Source of the DNA: Alphaproteobacteria bacterium
GTDB taxonomy: Bacteria; Pseudomonadota; Alphaproteobacteria; CAAHEQ01; UBA3637
Assembly: GCA_017960645.1 (NCBI GenBank)
Contig: JAGCYU010000022.1
Coordinates: 141-64,140 of the forward strand
Direction: 5' to 3'
DNA length: 64,000 nt
Positions 50,362-60,261 of the stretch are shown here, piece by piece (position 1 is the stretch's first letter; the number at the start of each line of letters is the position of its first letter). A program made the translations under genes and the position numbers. Below the pieces are notes generated by a model. The model saw only the letters and a program-made list of their open reading frames with translations, searched no databases and was not told the origin of the DNA.

Positions 50362-51522
50362 ATGCACACAAAATTAACAGACGATATCTATTATATCGGA
50401 GCAGATGATAAAACATTAGACTTATTTGAAGGTCAATATATTATTCCCAATGGTATTTCCTATAATTCCTATGTCATTATGGACGATAAAATTGCTGTGA
50501 TGGATACAGCGGATAAACGTGTCCACAAAGAATGGTTTGACAATTTACAATCAGCGCTACAAGGTCGTACACCAGACTATTTGATTGTACTGCACATGGA
50601 ACCGGATCATGCAGCCAATTTAGCAGATTTTATGCATCAATATCCAACGGCAAAAATTGTATCAAATACTAAAACTATCAAAATGATTCCTCAATTTTTC
50701 CCTGAAATTGACTTAACGGATAAAACGGTTGTTGTAGATGAAAACTTCGAACTTGATTTAGGGCATCACACACTCAAATTTATCATGGCGCCTATGGTAC
50801 ATTGGCCGGAAGTCATGATGGCTTATGATACAAAGGATAAAGTTTTATTTTCAGCTGATGCGTTTGGTAAGTTTGGCGCTTTAGATACAAAGGAAGATTG
50901 GGATTGTGAAGCACGCCGTTACTATATCAACATTGTTGGAAAATATGGTGCACAAGTACAAAATGTGTTAAAAAAAGTCGCAACATTAGACATACAAAAA
51001 ATCTTTCCATTACATGGTCCTATGCTGACGTCTGATTTAGGACATTATTTGGAAAAATATGATATCTGGAGCTCGTATAAACCCGAAACAAAAGGAACTT
51101 TTATTGCCTATGCATCCATTTATGGCAACACAAAGCAAGCGGTTGAAATATTAGCAGAAATTTTACGCAACAAAGATGAAAAAATAGAGATTGCAGACTT
51201 AGCACGCGAAGATTTTGCAGAAGCGGTTGAAAATGCTTTTCGTTACGATAAAATGGTTGTGGCTAGCCCAACCTATGATGGGGAAATGTTCCCTGTTGTA
51301 GAAGCCTTTTTAAACCATATTAAAGCTAAAAATTATCAAAATCGTACTGTTGCGTTTATTGAAAACGGATCGTGGGCACCAATTGCGGCAAAAAAAATGC
51401 GTGCCAGTTTAGAAAATTGTAAAAATATTACATTTATAGAGCCTGTCGTCAGTATTATGTCTAGTGTCAAAGAAGCCGATAAAACAGCAATTTCAAACCT
51501 AGCTATTTCTTTGGTCGGATAG
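50362..51522 (+). CDS. Flavodiiron protein (FprA family)
   Basis: HMEPDH, HWPE, SADAFG, PLHG, flavodoxin YASIYGNT. Confidence 0.93.
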   Translation: MHTKLTDDIYYIGADDKTLDLFEGQYIIPNGISYNSYVIMDDKIAVMDTADKRVHKEWFDNLQSALQGRTPDYLIVLHMEPDHAANLADFMHQYPTAKIVSNTKTIKMIPQFFPEIDLTDKTVVVDENFELDLGHHTLKFIMAPMVHWPEVMMAYDTKDKVLFSADAFGKFGALDTKEDWDCEARRYYINIVGKYGAQVQNVLKKVATLDIQKIFPLHGPMLTSDLGHYLEKYDIWSSYKPETKGTFIAYASIYGNTKQAVEILAEILRNKDEKIEIADLAREDFAEAVENAFRYDKMVVASPTYDGEMFPVVEAFLNHIKAKNYQNRTVAFIENGSWAPIAAKKMRASLENCKNITFIEPVVSIMSSVKEADKTAISNLAISLVG

Positions 51523-51574
51523 CCTTGATTTTTTGATTGATCCTGCTTATGTTTATTCCAAACAAGGAGAGAAC

Positions 51575-52132
51575 ATGACAAATATTGTAATCATCAATGG
51601 CCATCAAAAAACGCCGACTGCACACGGCAAATTAACACGCACTTTGGTTCAAACAATGAAAGAAGTGTTTGCCAGGAACAAAGACTTTCATGTTAAAGTA
51701 AGCACTTTGCAAAAAGGCTGGGATATTAAAAAAGAGCAAGCCAAATTTATGTGGGCAGATACCATTATTTATCAATATCCTATTTATTGGTTTCATGCCC
51801 CAGCTTTGTTGCAAAAATATCTGCAAGAAGTATTGGAGTATGGTATTTTTTATGGCACGCCAAACAGACCCTATGGCGAAGGTGGAAAGTTAACAGATAA
51901 AACATATATGCTATCTACGACTTGGAATTCTCCATTAGATGCTTTTGGGCAAGGTTTTTGGGCTGGCACCCCCTCGCCCGATGACGCATTGATTGCCATG
52001 CATAAAGTACAGCAATTTATTGGGTTAAAACCACTACCCAGTTTTTCGTGTCATAATGTCATTAAGAATCCAGAAATTCACGAATATATTAACGGTTTAA
52101 AACACCACTTAGAGTTAATTTTTTTGAAATAA
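51575..52132 (+). CDS. NAD(P)H:quinone oxidoreductase (MdaB/flavodoxin-2 family)
   Basis: IINGH, WADTIIYQYPIYW, YMLSTTWN, CHNVIKNP. Confidence 0.88.
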   Translation: MTNIVIINGHQKTPTAHGKLTRTLVQTMKEVFARNKDFHVKVSTLQKGWDIKKEQAKFMWADTIIYQYPIYWFHAPALLQKYLQEVLEYGIFYGTPNRPYGEGGKLTDKTYMLSTTWNSPLDAFGQGFWAGTPSPDDALIAMHKVQQFIGLKPLPSFSCHNVIKNPEIHEYINGLKHHLELIFLK

Positions 52133-52192
52133 TCCTTGTATTTTCACAAAATTTATGGTATTTTAAAGATACTACTTAACAAGGAGTTTTCT

Positions 52193-53497
52193 ATGTCCGA
52201 AAATCAAGATAAAGAATTACATTGTTCTTTCTGTGGCAAAAGCCAAAGCGAAGTCAAGAAATTGATTGCAGGCAAATCTGTACGCTTGGACAATGGACAA
52301 ATGGAAACCATTTTTATCTGTGATGACTGTGTTAATTTATGTCACGGAATTATTTCGAATGATTCTGCCATTAAAGCTGCTACGGAACAAGGCGAGCTGA
52401 AACTGGAAGAAACAAACACCCAACTTCCATTAAAAACACCTGCAACAATACACAAAGTATTAGACGATTACGTCATTGGACAAGACCAAGCCAAAAAGGT
52501 ATTAAGTGTAGCTGTTTATAACCACTATAAACGTTTAAACAGTTTAGAAAAATTGCAAGATGTGGAATTAGAAAAATCCAACATTTTATTGGTTGGACCA
52601 ACTGGTTGTGGTAAAACTTTATTAGCCAAAACTTTAGCAAAAACATTGGACGTTCCTTTTGCAATAGCGGACGCAACTACCCTGACAGAAGCTGGATATG
52701 TTGGTGAAGACGTGGAAAATGTTGTCTTAAAATTGTTGCAAGCGGCCAATTATGACGTCGCCAAAGCAGAACGCGGCATCATCTATATTGATGAGATTGA
52801 TAAAATTTCACGCAAATCCGATGGTCCATCTATTACACGAGATGTCTCTGGTGAAGGCGTGCAACAAGCCCTGTTAAAGTTAATGGAAGGCACTGTGGCC
52901 AGCCTACCTCCCCAAGGAGGACGCAAACACCCCAATCAAGAATATATTAAGGTCAATACACAACACATTTTATTCATTTGTGGTGGAGCCTTTGATGGAT
53001 TGGAAAAAGTGATTGCTCGTCGGAATACAGAATACTCTGTTGGTTTTGGTGCAGATGTAAAAAATAAAGACAACCTGAAAGTAGGCGAATTGCTGACAAA
53101 ACTGGAACCGGACGACCTATTGAAATACGGTTTGATTCCTGAATTTATCGGACGACTTCCTGTACATGTCAGCTTGACCGATTTGGATGAAGAAGCCCTA
53201 ATCAAAATTTTAAAAGAGCCGAAAAATGCCCTTGTCAAGCAATATCAGGCATTGTTTGAAATGGAAGATGTAAAATTAACTTTGACACATGATGCCTATA
53301 CAGCGATTGCCCAGCAAGCCCTTAAGCGCAAAACAGGTGCACGCGGACTCCGCGCCATCATGGAGGGATTGCTATTAGATTTAATGTATGAATTACCTGA
53401 GAATAAAAATATTCAAGAAGTCATCATTGATAAATCGGTGGTAAATGGGAAATCAAAACCCAAATTTGTGTACCATTCAGAAAAAGCAAGTGCTTGA
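52193..53497 (+). CDS. clpX: ATP-dependent Clp protease ATPase ClpX
   Basis: CSFCGK zinc domain, [19 protein letters not shown]. Confidence 0.98.
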   Translation: MSENQDKELHCSFCGKSQSEVKKLIAGKSVRLDNGQMETIFICDDCVNLCHGIISNDSAIKAATEQGELKLEETNTQLPLKTPATIHKVLDDYVIGQDQAKKVLSVAVYNHYKRLNSLEKLQDVELEKSNILLVGPTGCGKTLLAKTLAKTLDVPFAIADATTLTEAGYVGEDVENVVLKLLQAANYDVAKAERGIIYIDEIDKISRKSDGPSITRDVSGEGVQQALLKLMEGTVASLPPQGGRKHPNQEYIKVNTQHILFICGGAFDGLEKVIARRNTEYSVGFGADVKNKDNLKVGELLTKLEPDDLLKYGLIPEFIGRLPVHVSLTDLDEEALIKILKEPKNALVKQYQALFEMEDVKLTLTHDAYTAIAQQALKRKTGARGLRAIMEGLLLDLMYELPENKNIQEVIIDKSVVNGKSKPKFVYHSEKASA

Positions 53498-53545
53498 CAA
53501 AATTGCCTTTGTCCTTTATAATTAAGTAGAGCAAGAGGCAAGAAC

Positions 53546-54274
53546 ATGATGACATTTGATCAAGCTGTGCAATATACTAACGCCACAACAATAGTATCCA
53601 GTTTTCCCTTTACAAAATCTCAATTTGAACAATTACAAAAGCTCAATCTGTTTGCCATACACCAGGCGTGTAATGATGAAGAAGTCCGCTTAATGCCGGC
53701 AAAAATGATTTATAAAGTCAATGAAGAATTCAAACTAGCTCTTATGGCCTTATTGGTCACATGTGCCGTTATGGATTTTCATCGTCAAGGTCGTGAATCA
53801 AAAGAATTTTTTGATACACAAATAAAAATTACTCAAAAAAAAGATGGCAGAAAAGTACTTAATTTTGGGATTATTCGCGCCAATCTGCTAGAGCGATTTT
53901 TAATCCCCGAAATTGTAGATGATTGGATTACTTATCGTGACGTTAATGGCGATGGCATTCATGCTCTAGCTCGTAAAAAAATAGGCTTTATAGGTATTTC
54001 AGGTTATGAAAAGGGTGGCGAACCCCTTTATGAATTTGTCCGCTTTTACCATAAATTGATGGAACGTAAGCAGCGCAAATCTGAAAAATTATTGGAACAA
54101 TTCCAACAAGAAGCTATTCATAGCTTAGCCAACAAAGTAGTAGAACAACAACTTTTGGAAGGGCTATCCCCTGATGCGATTTTAAAAAGTCTAACAGATG
54201 AAACGAAAATAAAAAAAACGCCACAACGAATTAAACATTCCAACGATCCTCTGTTGTTAGAGGATGATTCCTAG
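53546..54274 (+). CDS. Hypothetical protein inserted between clpX and lon
   Basis: 242-aa ORF with its own TTGACA-17-TATAAT promoter and GAGG RBS; family not recognised. Confidence 0.75.
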   Translation: MMTFDQAVQYTNATTIVSSFPFTKSQFEQLQKLNLFAIHQACNDEEVRLMPAKMIYKVNEEFKLALMALLVTCAVMDFHRQGRESKEFFDTQIKITQKKDGRKVLNFGIIRANLLERFLIPEIVDDWITYRDVNGDGIHALARKKIGFIGISGYEKGGEPLYEFVRFYHKLMERKQRKSEKLLEQFQQEAIHSLANKVVEQQLLEGLSPDAILKSLTDETKIKKTPQRIKHSNDPLLLEDDS

Positions 54275-54275
54275 T

Positions 54276-54371
54276 TTATCTGGACTGCGCTACCGCTCTT
54301 GCAAAGCAGGCTGCGATAATTACCCAAGTTGCCCAGAACTCATCCCAAGTCATATCCAGGATCGGTATCAT
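54276..54371 (-). CDS. Small hydrophobic peptide 1, 31 aa (MIPILDMTWDEFWATWVIIAACFARAVAQSR)
   Basis: RBS AAGGAGG; TTGACT-17-TATAAT promoter; paralog of the next ORF; not in the ORF track. Confidence 0.75.
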   Translation of the reverse strand: MIPILDMTWDEFWATWVIIAACFARAVAQSR

Positions 54372-54456
54372 GTGCGCCTCCTTCCTTCGCTAATATTATA
54401 TCATAAAAGCACAAAAAAGTCAACGAACAGTCAAATAACAGATTGAAACAAAAGCA

Positions 54457-54549
54457 TTATTTCATAGATGCCGCATAAGAGTATATGGCAAACAGAATAA
54501 TACACGATGCCCAAAAATCACCCCAAGTAATGCCTAAAATAGGAATCAT
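54457..54549 (-). CDS. Small hydrophobic peptide 2, 30 aa (MIPILGITWGDFWASCIILFAIYSYAASMK)
   Basis: RBS AAGGAAGG; TTGACT-17-TATACT promoter; not in the ORF track. Confidence 0.75.
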   Translation of the reverse strand: MIPILGITWGDFWASCIILFAIYSYAASMK

Positions 54550-54671
54550 GTGTCCTTCCTTTCTTGCATCGGTAGTATAACACACGTGCAGAAAAAAGTC
54601 AACAGAACCGTTGACAATTTGATAAAACATACATATATATTAGAAAACAAACCAAAACAAAGGACAAAACT

Positions 54672-56993
54672 ATGACCGAAAAAGCAGTAGATGGAATTTA
54701 TGCCGTTTTGGCTTTACGAGACATTGTCATTTTCCCAAATGTTGTTGTCCCGTTATTTGTTGGACGCGAAAAATCTATTGCGGCATTGGAAAACGCTATG
54801 CAAAATAAAAAGCCTGTCCTTTTGATTGCCCAAACAGATGCACAAAATGAAAATCCTTACACTGGCGACTTATTCCGCGTAGGAACATTAGCCGAGGTTT
54901 TACAATTATTAAAACTGCCCGATGGCACAATTAAAATTTTAATTGAAGGCAAAGAACGTGCACGAGTCATGGATTGGACTCAAAGCGAACCGTTTTTTGA
55001 AGCACATGCCGCCTTATTAACAGATAAAGACGAAGATGCAACAAAAATTGATGCGTTAAAGCGTTCTGTTGTGGAACAGTTTGAAAATTATATTCGTTTA
55101 TCTGGGAACTTGTCTCCTGAAATTTTAACGGCCGTGGCCGATATTAAAGAACCTGCTAATTTAGCAAACGTTATTGCAACGCACCTGGCTGTTAAAGTAG
55201 ATGAAAAACAAAAAATTTTAGAAAATAATTCATTAACAGGACGTTTGGCCGCTTTATTTGCTGTCATGGAAAAAGAAATTGAAGTTTTGAACGTTGAGCG
55301 CAATATTCGCAAACGCGTCAAACGTCAAATGGAAAAATCCCAACGCGAATATTACTTAAACGAACAAATGAAAGCCATTCAAAAAGAGTTAGGAGACGGC
55401 GATGACACATCTATGATAGAATTGGAAGATAAAATTAAAAAAGCCAATATGTCAAAGGAAGCCACTGAAAAAGCGCTATCAGAGTTAAAACGCCTGAAGA
55501 TGATGGGACCTATTTCGGCTGAGGGCGGTGTAATTCGCAACTATATTGAATGGCTGATTTCTTTACCATGGACCGAAAAAAAGGAACTTTCCTCCGATTT
55601 AAAAGCAGCTAAAAAAATTTTAGATGAAGATCATTATGGCTTGGAAAAAGTAAAAGAACGGATTTTAGAATTTTTGGCTGTGCAACACAGAACAGGTTGT
55701 GTCAAAGGGTCTATTTTATGCTTGGTTGGTCCCCCTGGTGTTGGAAAAACGAGCCTCGGTCAATCTATTGCCAGAGCCACAGGTCGTACTTTTGTGCGCG
55801 CCAGTTTAGGCGGCATGCATGATGAAGCCGAAATTCGCGGACACAGACGAACATACATTGGCTCAATGCCAGGCAAAATCATTCAGAACATGAAAAAAGC
55901 AGGCAATATCAACCCCCTCTTTTTATTGGATGAAATTGATAAGCTTGGGAATGACTATCGTGGAGATCCCGCTTCAGCTTTATTAGAAGTATTGGATCCA
56001 GAACAAAATAAAACTTTTGCAGATCATTATTTGGAAGTGGATTATGACTTATCACACGTCATGTTTATTACAACGGCTAATACACTAGATATGCCTCGTC
56101 CATTATTAGATCGTATGGAAATCATTGAGCTGTCTGGGTATACAGAACAAGAAAAAATGGAAATTGCCAAGCGTCATTTAATCCCTAAACAGTTTGATTT
56201 AGTTGGGTTAAAACCTAATGAATTAACTATTGCAGATGAGGCTATTCAAGAACTGATTAACCGCTATACAATGGAATCCGGCGTACGTCAACTTGAACGT
56301 GAAATTGCGAACATCGCACGCAAAGTTGTGAAAGAGTTACAAGAAAAGAAAGCCGATCAAGTAACCATTACCCCTGCCAATTTAAAGAAATATTCGGGCC
56401 AGCCAAAACATTTCTTTGGAAAAGCAGAGATAAAAGATTTAGTTGGTGTTTCCACCGGTTTATACTATTCAGAAGTTGGCGGTGGCATTATGCCCCATGA
56501 AGTATTAACTATGCCTGGTTCTGGAAAAATTACCTTTACTGGGAAATTGGGTGAAGTTTTTAAAGAAACCATTGAAGCAGGCCGTTCCTATGTGCGTGCT
56601 CATGCGGAAGAATTCGGCATAGATTCAAAAGTGTTTAATGAAAAAGATATTCACTTGCATGTACCGGAAGGCGCTCAACCCAAAGAGGGACCATCCAGCG
56701 GAGTGGCTGTTATTACAGCTTTAGTTTCAGCCTTAACTGGGATCCCTGTAAAAAAACAAGTTGCCATGACGGGAGAAATCACTTTGCGCGGGCATATTTT
56801 GCCTATCGGCGGCTTAAAAGAAAAATTATTAGGGGCTTTGCGGGCAGGTATTAAAACGGTATTTATCCCAAAAGACAACAAAAATGATTTGGAGGATATT
56901 CCAAAAATTGTGAAAGATGAACTGAATATCATTTTGGTATCTGAAATCCCGGAAGTTCTGAATCAAGCGCTTATTCGCCCTGTTATTAAGTAA
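54672..56993 (+). CDS. lon: Lon protease
   Basis: LRDIVIFP, GPPGVGKT, PKEGPSSG catalytic Ser, GGLKEK. Confidence 0.98.
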   Translation: MTEKAVDGIYAVLALRDIVIFPNVVVPLFVGREKSIAALENAMQNKKPVLLIAQTDAQNENPYTGDLFRVGTLAEVLQLLKLPDGTIKILIEGKERARVMDWTQSEPFFEAHAALLTDKDEDATKIDALKRSVVEQFENYIRLSGNLSPEILTAVADIKEPANLANVIATHLAVKVDEKQKILENNSLTGRLAALFAVMEKEIEVLNVERNIRKRVKRQMEKSQREYYLNEQMKAIQKELGDGDDTSMIELEDKIKKANMSKEATEKALSELKRLKMMGPISAEGGVIRNYIEWLISLPWTEKKELSSDLKAAKKILDEDHYGLEKVKERILEFLAVQHRTGCVKGSILCLVGPPGVGKTSLGQSIARATGRTFVRASLGGMHDEAEIRGHRRTYIGSMPGKIIQNMKKAGNINPLFLLDEIDKLGNDYRGDPASALLEVLDPEQNKTFADHYLEVDYDLSHVMFITTANTLDMPRPLLDRMEIIELSGYTEQEKMEIAKRHLIPKQFDLVGLKPNELTIADEAIQELINRYTMESGVRQLEREIANIARKVVKELQEKKADQVTITPANLKKYSGQPKHFFGKAEIKDLVGVSTGLYYSEVGGGIMPHEVLTMPGSGKITFTGKLGEVFKETIEAGRSYVRAHAEEFGIDSKVFNEKDIHLHVPEGAQPKEGPSSGVAVITALVSALTGIPVKKQVAMTGEITLRGHILPIGGLKEKLLGALRAGIKTVFIPKDNKNDLEDIPKIVKDELNIILVSEIPEVLNQALIRPVIK

Positions 56994-57242
56994 GTTTGTC
57001 CACTTATTGGATTCAAACGAATCGTATATTCTAATTATGTTTAAAGGTAGTTTTCGACAAAAAATACACCTAAACTACCTGTTTTTCCCTAAAAAAATGG
57101 CCAAAATGAGCAAAAAAATAAAAAAAATCGCTTTTTTTTATAAAAAGAGTGTTGACAATTGATTAAAAATAGGCATAAACTGAATTCAGTAAGGTAAAAG
57201 GCCTTGCTAAAAAGAAACAACTTTATATAAAGGAGTATTAAA

Positions 57243-57506
57243 ATGAGTAAACAAGAAATCGTAGAAGCTGTAGCAAAAAAAACAGGCGCTTCAAAAGCAG
57301 CCACTGGTGCAGTATTGGATGCATTGGTTGAATACATCAAAAAACATGGCAATGTTCAATGGCCAGGTTTTGGTTCTTTTGTTGTGAAAAAAGTTCCTGC
57401 TCGTACAGGTCGTAACCCTGCTACAGGCAAAGACATTAAAATTCCTGCTCATAAAGTCATCCGTTTCAAACCTGGTAAGGCTTTGAAAGATGCAGTTAAC
57501 AAATAA
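57243..57506 (+). CDS. hupB: DNA-binding protein HU
   Basis: [25 protein letters not shown]; downstream of lon. Confidence 0.92.
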   Translation: MSKQEIVEAVAKKTGASKAATGAVLDALVEYIKKHGNVQWPGFGSFVVKKVPARTGRNPATGKDIKIPAHKVIRFKPGKALKDAVNK

Positions 57507-57527
57507 CTAACCGTTAATAAAGCAGAG

Positions 57528-57558
57528 AAAAGGGAAGGTTATTTGACCTTCCCTTTTT
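57528..57558 (+). terminator. Terminator after HU
   Basis: AAAAGGGAAGGT / ACCTTCCCTTTT inverted repeat. Confidence 0.85.
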
Positions 57559-57668
57559 AATACTCCAATCAAACAAAACCATAGTATATAAAACAAATAA
57601 AATGTTGACTTTTGATGCGCCTTTACTTATACTACGCGGAACCATAAATTATTTAAAGGAGGTCTGAT

Positions 57669-58379
57669 ATGCACTCAACAGATGCCTTTTTGGGCGGGAA
57701 AATTAAGTTAAAACAAAAAATACATGGGCTCAGAGCCACCTCTGATTCTGTTTTAGTGGCAGCCGCTGTGCGTGCAAAACCTCAAGAAACCATCTTAGAT
57801 GTAGGGGCTGGCAACGGTGTCATCGGACTTTGCATATCCGCTCGTGTTCCCATTAAACTAACGGCGTTGGAAATTCAAGAAGATTTGGTGAGCCTGATTC
57901 AAGAAAATGCCCTGTTAAATGATAAAAAAATTACCGTTATTCGCAATGATATTTTTCAAGCAAAAGACCCTTTAAAAGGCCAATTATTCAATCATGTTGT
58001 GACGAACCCTCCTTTTTATGACACAACCGGGAAAGCCCGCGAAAACGAAGAACAAGCTTTGGCCTACACAGCAGATTTTGACCTTAAAAAATGGCTAGAA
58101 TATTGCTTAAAGCACGTCAAGTCCAAGGGCAGTTTGACCATTATTCACAGACCAGAATGCCTAAATGATATTTTGCCGGTGTTATCCAAAAAATTGGGGG
58201 ATATCCAGTTAATCCCTATTTTATCAAAAGCAAACACCGCGGCTAAACGCATTATCATCAGGGGAACTTTAGGTAGTGCAAAACCTTTGACAATCTGTCC
58301 ACCAATTGTGATGCATACACAAACAGAAAGGCCTTCACAACTTGCCAATTCCATTTTGCGTTCCGGCCATTCTATTTAA
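57669..58379 (+). CDS. tRNA1(Val) A37 N6-methyltransferase-like (YfiC family)
   Basis: LDVGAGNG SAM motif, TNPPFY. Confidence 0.85.
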   Translation: MHSTDAFLGGKIKLKQKIHGLRATSDSVLVAAAVRAKPQETILDVGAGNGVIGLCISARVPIKLTALEIQEDLVSLIQENALLNDKKITVIRNDIFQAKDPLKGQLFNHVVTNPPFYDTTGKARENEEQALAYTADFDLKKWLEYCLKHVKSKGSLTIIHRPECLNDILPVLSKKLGDIQLIPILSKANTAAKRIIIRGTLGSAKPLTICPPIVMHTQTERPSQLANSILRSGHSI

Positions 58380-60142
58380 ACAGCTGAGCGCATATCAACA
58401 ATATGTATTTGGACTTGTTCTGTGCCACGCCATATAGTTGCATGGACTGTGACAGCCACATCAAAAAAATGATTCCCATGCGAAGCAAGAATTTGACGTC
58501 CCATTTCTGTATCTGCTGCATGGAAAGCCACCGCACGCATCGTCAGTCCTGCTTCATTGGTTAAGGTACAACTGATATGCCCATTTTTTAATAAATTGCA
58601 ATAGGGAATCCGAACATGTTGAATCACGAACAAAGGCTCTTTATTGCCCTCACCAAACGGTTCCAACAATTGCAAACTTTTGGCAAACTCCAAATTAATT
58701 CCAGATAAATTAAATACACCAAAAATATCCAAAGATGGAACAGCACTACGGACCTGTTCCTCCTTTATATGTTTATGCAAAAAAGCAACAAACTCATCCA
58801 ATTTCCCCGGCTGTAAAGAAAAACCGGCGGCCATAGGATGCCCTCCTCCATGCGACAAAATCCCTTGGGCCAAGGCTTGCATAATTAAATCTCCAACATC
58901 CACACCTATGACAGAACGAGCCGACCCTTTAAGTTCATCCTTTTCTTGCGTCAAAGCAAACACCGGTAAATTATAACGTTCCTTTAACCTGCCAGCCACA
59001 ATGCCAATCACGCCACAATGCCAATTATCTCCTTTGACAACAATGAAAGGTGTATCTTTGGTACGATTCTCCACTTGTTGAATGGCTTGAGCCAAAACAT
59101 CATTTTCAATTTCTTTGCGCAAGCTGTTAAACGTTTCCATCTCATGTGCCAAAATATCTGCTTCATACGGATCTTGGCAAAACAATAATTTTGCGCCCAG
59201 TGCAGACGTGCCAACACGCCCGCATGCATTAACCCTGGGTCCGAATAAATATCCTAAATGAAAGGCATTTGGCTTTTCTTCTAAATTAACCAACCTAGCT
59301 AATGCACTCAATCCCATATTTTGTCCCGTTGCCATTTGAACCAAACCAGTTTTGACAAATAATCGATTCACCCCTGTTAACTTAACAACATCACAAATTG
59401 TCCCGAAAGCAACCAAGTCTAAAAATTGGATTAAATTAGGCTCCGTTTTATTTTTCCAAAAACCTTGTTCGCGCAAAATTTTATTTAAAGCAACAATAAA
59501 TAAAAAGACCACCCCAACCGCGGCCAAGTGATGGCAAGGATGATCTACCGCTTCATCCAACCGCTTGGGATTCACAACGGCATAGGCATTCGGCAACGTA
59601 CTTTCAGCATTATGATGATCCAAGATAATGACATCCAACCCTAAATCTGTCCCAAATTGTACAGGTTCAAAAGCCGTTGTTCCACAGTCCAAAGTTGCCA
59701 CAACCGAACAACCGGCATTTTTATATTCTTGCATTTTTTTTGCATTTGGGCCATATCCATCTTCGCGCTCGGGAATAAAAGTTAAAACCTGAATACCGCA
59801 CTTTTCCAGATATAATTTTAATGCAGAAGTTGAGGTGGCACCATCTACATCATAATCCCCCATGATGCCTATGGGCTCACCATTGATTACAGCCTTAGCC
59901 ATACGCTTTGCCGCTTTTTCCATGTCTTTCAAGGAAAACGGATGTGGCAATTGCTCTTTCAATTTTGGAAATAAAAAGGCTTGGGCCGTTTCTAAAGAGA
60001 TACCGTTTTCCAACAAAATACGCGCCGTTGCAATAGGTAAAGAGAAACGCTCAGCTAACACTTCTGCTGCCTGCTCCGAACATGACAAAAGATGCCATAT
60101 AAAACCATTCAAAGACGGTGTTAAGTACTCATCACACGCCAT
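58376..60142 (-). CDS. recJ: ssDNA exonuclease RecJ
   Basis: GDYDVDG, DHH, GSARS, GGHPMAAG. Confidence 0.97.
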   Translation of the reverse strand: MACDEYLTPSLNGFIWHLLSCSEQAAEVLAERFSLPIATARILLENGISLETAQAFLFPKLKEQLPHPFSLKDMEKAAKRMAKAVINGEPIGIMGDYDVDGATSTSALKLYLEKCGIQVLTFIPEREDGYGPNAKKMQEYKNAGCSVVATLDCGTTAFEPVQFGTDLGLDVIILDHHNAESTLPNAYAVVNPKRLDEAVDHPCHHLAAVGVVFLFIVALNKILREQGFWKNKTEPNLIQFLDLVAFGTICDVVKLTGVNRLFVKTGLVQMATGQNMGLSALARLVNLEEKPNAFHLGYLFGPRVNACGRVGTSALGAKLLFCQDPYEADILAHEMETFNSLRKEIENDVLAQAIQQVENRTKDTPFIVVKGDNWHCGVIGIVAGRLKERYNLPVFALTQEKDELKGSARSVIGVDVGDLIMQALAQGILSHGGGHPMAAGFSLQPGKLDEFVAFLHKHIKEEQVRSAVPSLDIFGVFNLSGINLEFAKSLQLLEPFGEGNKEPLFVIQHVRIPYCNLLKNGHISCTLTNEAGLTMRAVAFHAADTEMGRQILASHGNHFFDVAVTVHATIWRGTEQVQIHIVDMRSAV

Positions 60143-60261
60143 GGCTTAATCCTTTCGTTGGTGATAATAATTTTTTTTAAGAGAAAAAGCAAGAAAAAAT
60201 CAAAAAAACGCTTGCTAATAAAAAAAAACTTATTTATACTCAGTTTGTAAAGGGAGAACAA

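Noticed and set aside
52193-57506. Small deviations in housekeeping proteins (insertion in the ClpX zinc domain, Lon PKEGPSSG, short HU)
   Set aside because: Catalytic and key residues are retained; consistent with ordinary lineage divergence.
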